Origin: a virus
Lineage: Duplodnaviria > Caudoviricetes
IMG/VR virus record: IMGVR_UViG_3300021387_000199
Coordinates: 1-64,000 of that record
DNA: 64,000 nt
Direction: 5' to 3' (one strand)
Below, piece after piece: positions 14,201-27,260 of this stretch. The notes under the pieces were generated by a model, which saw only the letters and a program-made list of their open reading frames with translations, ran no database searches and was not told the origin of the DNA. The position numbers and the translations under genes are program-made. Within the stretch, counting starts at the first letter, position 1, and every line of letters starts with the position of its first letter.

Positions 14201-17200
14201 TGTGATAACGCTTCTCTAAGAGTGGCCTGAACCATTGACTCACCACGTTGGAATCCCGGGGTAGTTGCGGCACCTTCGAATGTCTATTTTGACATTTTTA
14301 ATTCCTGGAAGTGTCCGGAGATACCCTTAAGGGTATTATTCTTGCTATAATCACGAGCCATATTATACGCATTGATATCCTGAACATTAATTGAATTAAT
14401 AATTCCATCCATTAACAACTGATAATCGTCAAGGGCAGTATCACCTGATTTATGCATCTATTGAATTTTGTCAGACCATGCTTTTTGCATAGTTTCAAAT
14501 GAACTTTTTGCTGACTATTTAGCTTCGTCATCTGTTCCTTTTAATGCCTTAGCATATTCGTCTGCTGACTACTGGAATCTATAATAGAAACTACCTAAGT
14601 TACCGTTAGAGACCTCTTTGCCATCATATGAGTAATTGATCCCATTACGCTCATCACTTAGTAGTCTCATGTTCAGGTATTGCATAAATGTATCTTCATG
14701 TTCAGCAATTATCCCAGAATAATATTGAGTGGTTTCATTTATCCAACTCTAAAGTTGTTTATAATTATCAGTGTCTTTAACTTCGTCATACTCTGGAATA
14801 TCTTGTAGATGCTCACCCATTTCTTTTACTATTTCGTAAATTTCCCTTGGGGTTCCAGTTACGGACAAAGACTTATCACTACCAAATACTCCATACTAAT
14901 CTATTTTCAGCCCTTTGCCTGTATAATCCTACGCCCATTTTAATATCTGCGCCATTCCACTTGAATCAGGGTCGAAATACTATGATAAAGCAACAAGGGC
15001 TTTGTTATCCTTAGTCATTGCGTCATAAGCATATTTAAAATCGCCTTTACCTTCCCCTTGTGCCCCGGCCTATGCTAAAGCATTCTTCGCATTCTCTACT
15101 TTTATTTTCTGCAATTTTTCTATTTGTTCATCCAGTGACCCGTTGACTAAATCAATTCCGCTTGCTTGTTTGCCATAAGAGTCGTTGATTTGATTCTGAA
15201 GATCTAACAACTGCGATTTTATTTGGGCGGATTCTTGCTCAGTTATATTATTTTTAGCCAGAGAATCTGAAAGCTTCGTGTAGTTATCAATCTGGGAATC
15301 TATATCTTTTACGGCGTCTTTAAAGTATCCGGCTTGCTCAGCGGCATTCTCTATGCGGGCTTGCTTTGCTTTTTGATACGCGTTATATATAGCGACCCCT
15401 AAGGAAATAACCGTCGTTGTAATAGTAGCAATACTGGGAATTAAATTAGCCCCGGAGAAAGTAGCTTTTAAAGTGGCTCCTAATCCAACAACTGGTTTTG
15501 AAGCCTATTCCGCAGCTTGACCAACTTGTTTTAATCCAGCTTCTGTTTGAGCAACATCCACTAAAACCGTATTAGCTCCGACAGATAATACGTCACGCTT
15601 CTGAGCGTTAGTCATACTTCCATATAACGGACTATTATTTAATGTATTAATCGCCGCAGCAGAATTAGTATAACCATTAAGTTGACCTTTTAATCTTGTC
15701 ACTTCCTGAGCAACAGAAGCCATACCTTGAGCCTATCTGTATCCGCTCATTAAGCCTTTTACGCCAAATATACCAGATCCAATAAATCCCAAAGTAGAAA
15801 AGCTTCCAATAGCAGAACTAATGTCGTTAAGAAGCTTCAGGAACTGTGTTCCTAAATCTATAACTCCTTTCAGTCCATCAGAACTCATAAAGTTATATGC
15901 GAATTCAGAAGCCTCATTCTTGATCTGTTGCATATGTCCTTCGACAGATTCAAGGTACTTCTGGTTTTCAATCATCGCAGATCCTTCAGAGTCAAGAGCT
16001 TCCTAATAGGCGCTCCTGAGGACATCTGGTGATTGCAGAAGACTGGCTAAGACGTTGGAACGGTTCTTACCCGCCATAGTCTACAGAAGATAGTTCTGCT
16101 GATTTGTACCGTTCTGTTTATCCTGTTCGCCAATCTATTCCCAGATATCAGAGATATCCTGAAGGATAGTATAAGTATTCTTCAGATTACCATTGGCATC
16201 TTCAATGTCTACACCCTTCATACCGTTAGAAGCTACCTTAGTAGCATTCATAATACCAGTACGAAGCTTGGAGACAGTAGTAACCATGCCTTCGGTATCC
16301 TCGCCCATATCTTCAATCTACTGTTTCTGACCCGCAAGACGAAGACTGATAATCTTCATCGCAGCACCTACGTTCTACGGATCCTGAACGACTTGGTTGG
16401 CAGCCGTTATCATACCGATTGATTCTTCGAGAGAGTTTCCTGAAGTGGTAAGAGCAGAAGCTGATCTTTGAAGAGCCTCAGAAAGACCAGAAGTACTAAT
16501 CGAAAAATCGTTACCGACTTTATTTAAAGAATCGATAATATGCGTCTGACTTACATCTTTATAAGCCTGAGTCATAGCAATCAAAGAAGTAGTTGCATCA
16601 TCAATATTATCAAACTCGGAGACATTAAACAGAATATTTGCATTAGCCGCCGACTATTTCGCCTTACCGAGCTATTGTCCAAGCCTCATAAAGTCAGCAG
16701 TACTTTGTTGAATCTGAAGAGCAGTAGTACCAATCTGCTCAGCCATATTAAAGCTTTCTTTTTGGAAATTTTTCAACCGATCAATAGATTCATCGGATAC
16801 TTTTCGCATCTCAGTAAGCGCAGAATCAAATTCAGTAATCTGAGAAATTGCCTGTTTAAATATATCAACAACCCTATAGAAGCTGACAAAAGTAGCGAGA
16901 TAAGTTGTTAAACTTCTCGCATGACTTTTCAGAGAATCAAAGAATTTGTCAGCGGAAGTTTTTGTGGTCACGAACATTGAATTCATCTGGCCAAGGGCTT
17001 CAGATTGAGCATCAAATTCCTGAGTAAGAATCTAAGTTTGTCCTTTTTTATTGGTCACACGTAAAGACGCTCTCATGTTTTTTGTGCCTGAGAAGGTAAT
17101 ATCGCCGGCTTGAGCTGTAGCACCACGGGCAGCGGCGGCGGCCAGAAGATTCTGTCTCATACGCTATTGAACCTGATCCTTGCTCATTCCTGTGAGAACA

Positions 17201-20200
17201 GCAGAAGCCTTTTCGAGAGGATTAAGAAGTTTATTTATTCTATTAGCATATTCTTCGGGTCCAATAGATTTAGAAGCAAATAGTTCATTAAGTTCCATGA
17301 CTTTTTGCTTAAGATATTCAATCTTGTCGCCTATTCCCTAAATATTTGAAGCATCTAGTGTTTCAATTCTAGACCATGCGTCCCCCATAGCTGTTCCTGG
17401 TGAGTTTATTTCAGCATTAATTTGGTCATATATTCTTCGCATTTCATTTGCTTTGTTTTCGGCTTCTTTCACCGTATTGGCTATATCATTAGATCTTCGC
17501 TGTTCTTCGTCGGCTTGGTTTTGAGTAGTGGCTTTAGCTTGTTTATATTCGCGATTTTCTAAATCAATATATTTTTCAGTGAGAGATATAGCCTCTTTCA
17601 ATTCTTGTATTTTTTTATTCTCTGCCGAAGAAAGCTCTTGTCCGGCTTTTTCTAATCCCTTACGCTTTTCTTCTAAGACCAACAGCTCACCGATACTTTT
17701 CTTATAGATTCGTATTGCATCAGTTCTTTTTAATATTGCGTCTTCGTCTGAAGTATATGTTGTCTCTTCTTTTTTTTGCTTTTGCTCAGTGCTTACTTCC
17801 GGCTTAGCACCAGCAGCTATATCAACCTTTTCTCTCGCAGCTTTAACATTTTCAGCAGATTTTTTAAGCACCGTGGCGACATCTTTAAGATTATTTGCTT
17901 GTGCAAGAAAATCTGTGAGTCGATCCATTTCCGTGGTATCGAATCCCTTAAAATCGCTAAGTGCTTCCTTCAGCGGTTTAAGTGCGTCACTAAGATTCTT
18001 AATGTTATTTCCAATGTCCTTATTAACTTTGATATTTGATAAAGAAGTAAAGATATTATTAAGAGTAGTAGCGTCTATATTTGCCCCAGATAGTTTGCTT
18101 AATGCGTCAGATAATTGTTCGAGCGGCGCTATAAGATTTTGGAGATTAGTTGAGATTGCCTTTCCTACTTTGAGCTTAGACATGGAATCTGTTAGTTTTG
18201 AAACATTTTCTATTACCACGTCATCCATAGATCCCAAACTCTTTAAAGTTCTCTTAACGGCTTTAATCTGAGTAATAAAATCCTGCAATGATTGTGCCTG
18301 GTCCTTATTTACTATAAACGGCTTAATCGCATCCCCCATAGACGAAATAGAAGTGGTATCTACCGTCGTCTTTTCACTGTATTTACTTAAATCAGACGTA
18401 GTAGACTTGACCCTGTTAGCATAATTGTATAAATTAGTTGAAGCGTTTTCGCCGACCTCATATGCTTTCAGCGGTTTTACTACTTCATTTAACTTATCAA
18501 AATTAGCGCCTGATATTTCATTCGCAGCTTCAGCGATCTGTTTAAGCGTGTCACAGAGTTCCCGCACCGTTTCTTTAATGTTGTTCGTTGAAGCGGAGAA
18601 CTGACTTTCCTGTTCCGTCATAGCTTTTCCAATTTCTTGGACAGCATTCGGGATTTGCGTAGAAATATCCTGAGCTAAAGAGGAAATCTATTGTTTTTCG
18701 GTTGCTATAGTACCCGTAACGACATCTTGTTCTGCCTGGAAAGAAGCGTTTTTGACATCTATTGCTTGAGGAATTTCTGTCGCAATAACTTGGGCCAATC
18801 CAGTCAATTCAGCTTTTTCTGCTTCGACCACGCCCGTTACGACAGCTTGTTCATGCTAAAATTCCTAATTTTTCCTTCTAATCGCCTGAATAACATTGCT
18901 TTCTATGTCGCTTGCTAACCCATTCATTGCTTCGCGTTCAGAAGATCCAGAAGAATCACCTGACGTGTCGTCTGCTTTTTGAGCTTCTCTACGGGCTTCC
19001 GCTGCTTTTTTTTCTGCTTCAGCTTCACGTTCCGCATTCTTAGCTGCTTCCTCAGCATTTACTGCGCCTTTCTAACCATTAGCATCAGTACGACTCTTCG
19101 ATTCGGCTTCAGCTTCATTGGCTTTTTTACGCGCCTCAGCCTCTTTTTCTAAGGCTTCGGCATTTTTCTATGCTGTATCAGCGGTAGAAGTATCGGGCTC
19201 TGTTTTAGCTTTAGATTCTGCTTCCGCAGCAGCAAGTTCTCGTTGGGCATCTGCTTCTTTCTTTTTGTCTTCAACAGCCTTTTCTGACAAACCATGGAGC
19301 TCTTCGTAATGAGCGATTAATCCTTCGTCGTCAAGATTATTTAAGGCTTCAATATCTTTTTCATCGGCGTCGTCACCCAAAAGATCTCTTGCCGATCCGC
19401 CTAAAGCACGAAATTCATTCCATTTCTCAATAACCGCGTCTTGTTCATCTTGAAGATGCTCGAGCTGTGATATTTCACTTTCAATAGCGCCACCATAACC
19501 GGATTCGTCCTAAGCGTCGTTATACTATTTATGAAGACTGCCAGTCCCAGTATTAGCACGTTCTCTGGTTTCTTCAATCATTCGATTTAAATCTTCTTTA
19601 AGTTCGTTTTGCTTTTCTTGTAAAGCTTTTTGGCTTTGTTCTTGTGTCTGTTCTGCCGATTCAGCTTTAGCAGCCTTGTTTTCACGAACTTTTGAAGTAT
19701 TTTCATCAAGAGCGGCATTTTCTTCACGAAGAGCGCTAAGGTATTCTTCTGATTTGACAGTAGAAGACCATTTATCTTCCATGCGTTTTTTGAGATTTTG
19801 ATCCATCATCTCAAAATAATTTTTGCTTGCTCCATATTTCTGTAGATGAGATAAATCGCCACCTAATGCCTTAAATTCAAAATAGTCATTGGATTTTTGA
19901 CCTATAAGATTTCCTTGAGATCTTAACCCCATGTCTCTCTCAGTATTTAAGGTCGCTAAAGAATCTTCGAGTTGCTTTTTGCGCCTTTCAATAGCGGCGG
20001 CTGTTTCTGCTTGAGTATCTTCTTCACTTTTTAATTCTGTTTTCTTAGCTTCAGTCGATTTCTGACTCGCCGTAGTAGATTCATCCGTTTTAGCTGCGTT
20101 TTCTTGTTTGAGTTGGTTATTTCTTTCTAACTACTGATTTTCTTCCTTTATAGCCTCAGTTTCTTCACCAATAGATTTTGCATATTCCGGTGTAGCAACT

Positions 20201-22683
20201 TGTTTTTTCCATTTTTGAAAACCTTGAGTTTGCTGAGCTCTAGAATAAACATCAAATGGATTATTTCCATTTTCATCTTTGAATACGGTTGACATACCAC
20301 CTAGTGCTTTATATTCACTATACTTGTCTAACAATTCAGCATTGTCTTTCGAAGCGTTCTTTGCATTTTCGCGAAGATATTCCTATAATTCTTTTTTCCT
20401 CTTTTCTCTAGGCGGAATAGCAGGAACGGCTTCTTCCTTTTTTTCTTCCTGTGGTTTTTGTCCAACTTCAGATTCCTATTTCTATTTAGCGGCCTAACGT
20501 TCCTCCCGTCTTTTCATGGCTGCCTTTAGTTTTTCTGCGAAGCTCTTTCTTTCCTCAGCCGCTTGTTTCTATGCCTCACGCGCTTGTTCTTCCGCCTCAG
20601 CAGATTCTTCCTATTCCTAAAGATCAGCAAGTCTTTGAGAATAAAACAGCTCTAATTGTTTGTCATATCGCTGCCTTTTCTGCTCTGCATCCGGGGATTG
20701 ATCGCCCCAAATTTTTCTGTACCGATTTCTAACGTCCTCAGTACTCCCACCTTTTTGTATGGCATTGAAGTAACTGGCTTCAAACGGATTAACTTGTCCC
20801 CACTATATCTTGCTACGATCACCACCTAAAGCCAACCATTGATAATAATCATCTCTAATCTGATAATCATTTCCTTCACCATAAGCACCATGTACAGAAA
20901 ATTCGCGCCCCTATTGATTTGCTTTCTTAGCGGCTTCAAATACAGCAGTCAGCTTAGATTCTAATTCATTTTTAAGTTGTTCTCTACCGGGTTTCCCTTT
21001 AGGAACTTCTTTTGATATTTTTTCTAATTCCTCTCTGACTAAGCTTTCAATATATTTAGCATCTTCTTGTTCAGTAGTGTTTGATGTTTTTGGCTTTACA
21101 TAGTGTTCCCCACGCGCAATTTGTCTTTCCAAGGATTGTTGGTGAGATTGCGCTTGCTCTGCATTCCAGCGGTCATAATCATCTTGGATACTTCTCTGGA
21201 ATTTCTTGGTTCGCAGCCCTTTTGTTTTCCAATTATGACGATTTTGAGGAGAGGTGTATTGCTGAAACGGAAGATCCCCGCCAAGTGTCTTATACCTTTC
21301 CTCATTACCACCGGTTCCTAGATAAATGCCATATTCTTTATCTAATTTCTGTCTTGCGTCTTCATTCATTTGAGACAACACTTCAGACAAAGATTTTCCT
21401 TCTCCCTATGCTTGCTTGACTAAATCGTCTAATGCTTTCTGAGCCATCTATCTTCTTAGCAAATAGGCTTCTTGAAGACTTCCTTTGAGATCTTCCGGTA
21501 GAACAAAATTTTCAGGTGCCATCGATAAGTCGATTTTGTCCATTCCCTGACGTTTTAATTCAGCAGCGTAAGCATCGTTTCTTTCCTTAACATATTTATT
21601 GGTATAGGCTGACTTTTGCCAATGTCTTCTTAATTCCTTAGCTGTCTTGCCACCTTTATCTGGGGTTATTGTTTCAAAATCCAATTCGCCGGCTTCGCCC
21701 ATGTACCTAGCTTTATTTCCTGTTAGTCTAAGATATTCTTCATAATCTGACATTGCCTTCTAACGATTGCCTTTGCCTAAAACTTTATCAACAGCCTAAT
21801 CCATAGATTTCGCCTTGCCTTCCAGATATTCATTAATTATCTGGTCTAATTCGCCCTCTAATTCTTCAACTCTATACTGAATTGCATCCATAGAAGCTTT
21901 TTCTGTACCAGGTTTTCTAAATTGATTAATGTCGATAGCCTTCCCTTTGAGTAGGTCAGCAGTCCTTGCACTAGAAGTCTGAACATCAGACGGCGTACCT
22001 TTTCGCATTCCTATTGTTTTCAGAAAGTCGTCACCGACAAGATATTTCATGTTCATCCGAAAATTCTGCTCGGCATTCTTCATCGTTGCAATAAAATCTC
22101 TAAAAGCCTTAGCAGAATAATCTTGACTAATAGTTCCGTATTTGCTCTTGCCGCTATTAACATCGCGCACGAGTTTTGCCATTTCCTTAACAGCGTCGGC
22201 GGAACCAAATCCTTGCACTAGAGCTTCGTTTGTACTAGCAAGTTTTCCACCCTGAGCGCCGTTGTATGCATTCGCCCATCTGGTTAAACTTTTTGCCTCG
22301 TCAGCGGCTTTAGATTCATTCCCAGACGCCACAGCTTTCTGATACTTCCCATACGCCTATGCCATTTTATTGATTGCTTCTGTCTGAGTAGTAAAATACT
22401 GATTCTTTCCATTGCCAAGCCCCTTGTTCAGGGACTGAATCATGTCAGATATTTCTTCTTTGGTTTTTCCGGCAGACTTTCCGGCAGCGGCTAATGCACC
22501 AACGAGAGCTTTACCACTATTACCTAATTCTTTTGATGCTTCACCTATGGTGTTAATAGCTTTAAGAGGTTTGTTTATCGCATTCGAAAAACTTTCCCCC
22601 GCTTTTACTAACGTCGCCAGACCCTTCGGATCTACTTCCGGCTATATTGTCACACCAATCACTCTTTTACTTTGCACTCCCAC
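2248..22683 (-). CDS. Giant tape measure protein, ~6,811 aa with TAG readthrough
   Basis: 29 listed ORF fragments share one frame; 28 end in TAG and the last in TAA; GTG start behind GGAGGTG; TP901-type tape-measure core at ~15,900-16,900 (FDSALTEMRKVSDES...ADFMRLG...LNKVGNDFSISTSGLSEALQRSAS). Gaps were spot-checked, not all read. Confidence 0.9.
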
Positions 22684-22705
22684 GGGTTTTCACCTCCTTC
22701 AACTA

Positions 22706-23203
22706 TCACCAACTTGCACCAAAATATCTCTCAAATAGATCGGCACTACGTTCTTCATTCTTTTTATTTATTTCATCTATACCTTCATTTATCACGTTGA
22801 TAATGGCCGGATCCCACGTCGCAGGATCTCCCCATTCGGAAAAGTTGTACCCGGTACGCCAATTTATTCCCGATGATCCATCGCCCGGAGAACCACCATG
22901 GTAGCCCAACGCAATAACTATTTCAGAGACTAAATCATTGTTCTGATGAGATGATATGTTTTGATTAAAATCAACAAAAAAGTTATCACCTTCCTATACA
23001 ATTGAATATCTTTCCAAAGCCCCCGATCGATCATAAGAATCCGGTCCATATCCACCATACCAATCTGCAACCGCTTTATCCGAAAGACGCTTTATCTAGT
23101 TCTTTGTCTATTCTTTAGACTATCTTTCCGCCCGTTCTTTTGCCCGATTAGCTTCATTTTGAATAAATTGAACCAATTCATCGATTCCCGTAACTCTAGC
23201 CAC
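22706..23203 (-). CDS. Virion morphogenesis protein (hypothetical), 165 aa, TAG readthrough
   Basis: GTG start after G-rich RBS, TGA stop, several in-frame TAGs. Confidence 0.65.
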
Positions 23204-23232
23204 TTTGACGCACCCCCCTTCCATAAAAATAA

Positions 23233-23258
23233 GCTCCGTAGCTATGACACCACGGAGC
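23233..23258 (-). terminator. Intrinsic terminator-like hairpin
   Basis: gctccgt/acggagc stem followed by a T-rich tract on the minus strand. Confidence 0.6.
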
Positions 23259-23273
23259 CTCAGATAATTATTC

Positions 23274-23852
23274 TTATTTATTTACCTGAAGTGAGGAAAT
23301 ATACTCCTTTAATTCAGGCGAAGATAGAAGAGTAGTAATATCACTCATGCTAACCCCCGCTTTTTCTAAAGCCGGCATAATGAGCTGACTAACAATTGAG
23401 ACACCATCACTAAATCTGTTTCTAACATAAGCGCCTACTTCATATTCGTTTTTAATTACGTCGTCTTTTATCATGTTAAGAACAGAGTTATACTCACTAA
23501 ATTCAGATTTTGGTATTAGAGCTAAAATCTGAGCAAGTATCCCCGACTTTCTAAGCGCGTCGTAATCTTCAACAATTTTAGTTCCTTCCCATTGAGGATT
23601 TATATCTGTATATTCAGAAACTAATTCCATGGTAAACATTACGTATAAATTAGGGGAGTTGATAACTAGTCGCTTAATATTGGTAACAGGATCTGTTTTA
23701 TACCAACAACTATTAACTAAAAGCTAACACCGTGTCATTTTCTCCAAATACGGGATATATGCATTTGTCATATGCTCTTTTATAAAATTAATTCCCCCGT
23801 CTTTGATTTTGTTGGCAATCCTATAATCATGTACGAATTTTTCAACCTTCAT
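23274..23852 (-). CDS. Conserved hypothetical phage protein, 192 aa
   Basis: ATG 23852, one in-frame TAG, TAA stop. Confidence 0.7.
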
Positions 23853-23876
23853 CCTTTTATTCCTATCCTTTCTTCC

Positions 23877-24344
23877 TCAATTCTACTTATTTCGTTTGGC
23901 TGCTCGTTTCTCTTTCATATATTTATCCCAATTAACCCATTCACCCCTGGAATAACAAATCCACTAAAAATCAAGGTCGGGGTAGTAGTAGTAGACAAGC
24001 TTACGCTTTATCTTCGCTACCGGATCCACGAGATAACCGGATCCTTTTACGTCTTTCACTTCGACCCGTCCATCCTTGAATTTCAGCCAGAAGTCGGCCA
24101 CATAATCGATTCTCCGTATATGTTCGCCATTCTTACGATCAAAAGCCGGAAGTAATTCATATCTTCTCTGAAGATCGTAATCTATGATCTATCCCTTCCT
24201 GAACATTGGAATCACGTACTAATCGTAGTAACGCTTCTCTACGGCGCTATCAAAAGTAATCGTTTTTCCAGTGTGCTAATCTGTCACAGTCCGCGAATTC
24301 TTCGCCTTCTATGAAAGGTTTACTTTATATTTACTGTAGCTCAT
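23877..24344 (-). CDS. DUF1064-like PD-(D/E)XK endonuclease, 155 aa
   Basis: FDSAVEKRYY...DLQRRYEL...YVADF...EVKDVKG motifs; missing from the ORF track because of multiple TAGs. Confidence 0.8.
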
Positions 24345-24386
24345 TGTTTCGTTCCTTTTTTAAAAAGCGGAGGGGGGAAAGAATCT

Positions 24387-24417
24387 TTGCCCCCTCTACT
24401 TTTCTGTGGTATGATAA
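24387..24417 (+). promoter_or_regulatory. Sigma-A-type promoter (TTGCCC...TG-G-TATGAT)
   Basis: -35-like and extended -10 elements upstream of a strong RBS and small antisense-oriented ORF. Confidence 0.5.
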
Positions 24418-24460
24418 CCACGCAACCCGTTGTTCTGCTCCAAGAAAGGAGGTGACAGAA

Positions 24461-24625
24461 GTGAAAGTATTAGCGATACTTAAACTACTGGCTACTCCGG
24501 TCTGTGCACTCATCTAGAAAGTTTGTGTTCAGCGTAGTAAGGTCTAGGTGGCCAAAATGGTCATTTAGAACGCTTATCGGCTTTCCGATGAGCAGACCGA
24601 AGCCATCTGCAAGATGATGTGTTGA
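24461..24625 (+). CDS. Small protein, 54 aa with three TAGs (18 aa in standard code)
   Basis: AAAGGAGGTG RBS, GTG start, TGA stop, own promoter and terminator. Confidence 0.6.
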
Positions 24626-24695
24626 GGTCACCGACCGATCCCTCTTCGGAGGCAGTGTAGTGTGAGAATCCTGTACCTTACTCAGAGATTCTCCC

Positions 24696-24738
24696 AACCT
24701 AGAGAGGAGTGTAATGTCTGCCTCTCTAGGTTTTATTT
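24696..24738 (+). terminator. Terminator between small gene and endolysin
   Basis: aacctagagagg...cctctctaggtt followed by T tract. Confidence 0.65.
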
Positions 24739-24762
24739 CTCAATTGAGCTTTTATCTAAACC

Positions 24763-26403
24763 TTACACCTGATGCTCTTTAATGAAACAATCGATATTCT
24801 TCCCTTTCAGTAAAGCCTACCTCTATGCCGCTTTAGCTTTCTTCTCAAACGATCCGCAGAAAAGATAATACCGTCCACCAGAAGATTCATAGAAACAATC
24901 AAGTCCGGTCATATTCTTGATCTCTCGAACCTTGTTCTCTCTACTCGCCACAGTAGTAAAGGCTCCAACCTGAACACGATAAACAGTTCGTTTTCCAGAA
25001 GGAGCGGGAGCAGGAACAGGAACTGGAGAGGGAGTAGGAACAACCGGAATCACAGAATCTCCGCCTTCCTGAACCAACTTAAATGCCACCTTATCAAAAC
25101 GTGTCAAATCATTTTCTTTGATAATTCGCATATTATTGGTTATATAGGTCACACCCGTCGCATAGCCATTATTACGAATAGTAGTAATAACTTTCTCAGG
25201 ATCCGTCATACCTACCACTTCACGATATTTATACTGGGTTGCTGTCTTTTTGACATGCGTCAAAAACAGTTCGTAATCCAATATAGAATATGCATAATTT
25301 GGGAAAACCCTGAACCAGTCAGTAATAGTTGTAGGAACTCCGTTGTAGACTTCAGGAGTTCTCTTCCTAAACTTCTCGCCATTCCACACTGTCTGATCCT
25401 GCCATGTGCTATTGATGAGGTCTGCCTTTTGTCCGATCAGATTAGACCTTTTCGTTAATTCGATGGCATCAGACGCAATTCCGTAACCATTCTATAAACA
25501 GGCTTGGGCAATAACGACAGACGGAAGTATAAGTGTATACGGATACAGCTTTACAGCGATCTCAGACACCTTATTGATATAATCTTCTTTCGAACTCGGA
25601 AGTCCTTTATAATCTGGGAGAGTAGAGAGAAGAGCTAAGCTCTTAGCCTTCGTCTGATTGGCAATGGCAGCCTCAACAGGCGGAAGTCCTTTGGATGTGT
25701 ACAGAGCCTTCCCTGAAAGGTCAAATACAGTATAGCCGGGGTTTTCATCGGCTTTTTCTACGGCTTTGTCGTACTTGATATAAGCGCCGAGCTGCGTTTT
25801 TTCATTATCCCAAGTAAGGCGGACTTTATACTTAATTTCTTCTACCTGACCGCCAATTCTTTTCTTAAAATCAGCCCACTTGCTCTCATCCCCGGAATCC
25901 TTATTCCACCCGATCACGCCCGGGCACGGTTTCCCGTTAACATCGTAATGCCGGATCACATGCTCCGCATCGATCCCATACAGCTGCATCAGATACTTCA
26001 CAGCCTCTATGGCCTTCTCCAGCACTCTATCCGTAAAGTAATACGCCGGATCATTCGGAACCGTAATCTTCCCCTTCGTGTTCCCGCTGCAGATCTCAAT
26101 GCTGACACAGTTGGAATTCTTTGCCACTCCAAACAGCCTTCCGCCCTGTGTATTATATCTTGGTCCGCCAACCGCATGGCAATACCGGTTTTTGGGATCC
26201 GGGTTATACTGCACAAAAGTCTCCTCATCTACAATATAGTCGGCAGACCCGCCGGCATTCGGGTTGGCAAACCATGAGGCGCACCCTGAAGCGGATCCCT
26301 TTTTGCAGCTCACCCCGGCAGTATAATGGACCGCCAGATAAAGAATCTGTCTCCCCGGAGCGGAAGTGGTATTCGCCGTTCCAATTTGTTTTATAATATT
26401 CAT
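24763..26403 (-). CDS. Endolysin: Amidase_2 + GH73 glucosaminidase + SPOR domain, 546 aa
   Basis: HYTAG...SIEIC...HYDVNGKPCP amidase motifs; AQACL*NGYG...GYAT GH73 motifs; YRVQVGAF SPOR; three TAGs. Confidence 0.88.
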
Positions 26404-26415
26404 TAAGACCCCTCC

Positions 26416-26826
26416 TTAAGCTGACACATCAACCGTAAGCTTAGTCTCTCTTACCAAAGCTTCAATCTGTGCATTGATATACGCATCGAAATCATTGTAC
26501 AGAACCACGATGGCATTTTTCGAAGCGCTAGAAATCAACTCTTTAGCCCGAGCAATTGCCATATTCTTCGCAGTTTCCTGAGCTTCAGGCGTAAACTTAC
26601 CGGCCTTCTTCATAGCGTCTACATACGTCTGGCTAACACTGAGAACGATAGAAGCGATGATATCATTCGCGTCTTCTACGTATTTTCGAAGTGTTTCATT
26701 TTCAGTCTTCTCGGCCAGCTCTTTTGTTTTAGTGTTTAGAAAAACTACCAGATATCTCACTACAATCGGCAGTATGAATACGATCAGTGCGTATAAAATC
26801 TCGTGTAAAGCAGTTTGCCAATCCAT
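26416..26826 (-). CDS. Holin-like membrane protein
   Basis: N-terminal TM helix, VSQTYVDAMKKAGKF motif, adjacent to endolysin. Confidence 0.75.
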   Translation of the reverse strand: MDWQTALHEILYALIVFILPIVVRYLVVFLNTKTKELAEKTENETLRKYVEDANDIIASIVLSVSQTYVDAMKKAGKFTPEAQETAKNMAIARAKELISSASKNAIVVLYNDFDAYINAQIEALVRETKLTVDVSA

Positions 26827-26838
26827 ACCTTATCCTCC

Positions 26839-27246
26839 TTATCCCGGGAAATCTTCTCCGGACTCATCCTGATTGGAAAATCCTTCGTCGTCATCATATT
26901 GAGAGTTTTCTCTCATAGCTGTCTAAAATGTAATTCCTCCTGCAACATTCTCCCTCGCAGACTTATCAAAATACTTCCACACAATGGGTATCATAGCTGC
27001 CGGGATTCCTATCAAAACATAAAGAGACGAAAAGTCCCCATATTTCCACATGATTGCTTGAGCAAAAATGACGATCTGAAACATTATTGCCATCATTATC
27101 CACAAAGCCAGTTTGCTCGTGGTTATTTTCTTCTTCTTATATTTTTTCCTTTCTTCCTTGAGCTTCTAAACTTTTAGCTTAAATTCATTTTCTCTTTTTA
27201 TTTTCTGAAGCCTCCGTTCATACTCACGGTCGCTAATATAGCGCAT
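26839..27246 (-). CDS. Two-TM membrane protein (holin/antiholin-like), 135 aa
   Basis: ATG after GGAGGTG; two hydrophobic segments; ENVAGGITF*TAM; TAA stop. Confidence 0.7.
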
Positions 27247-27260
27247 TGGACACACCTCCC

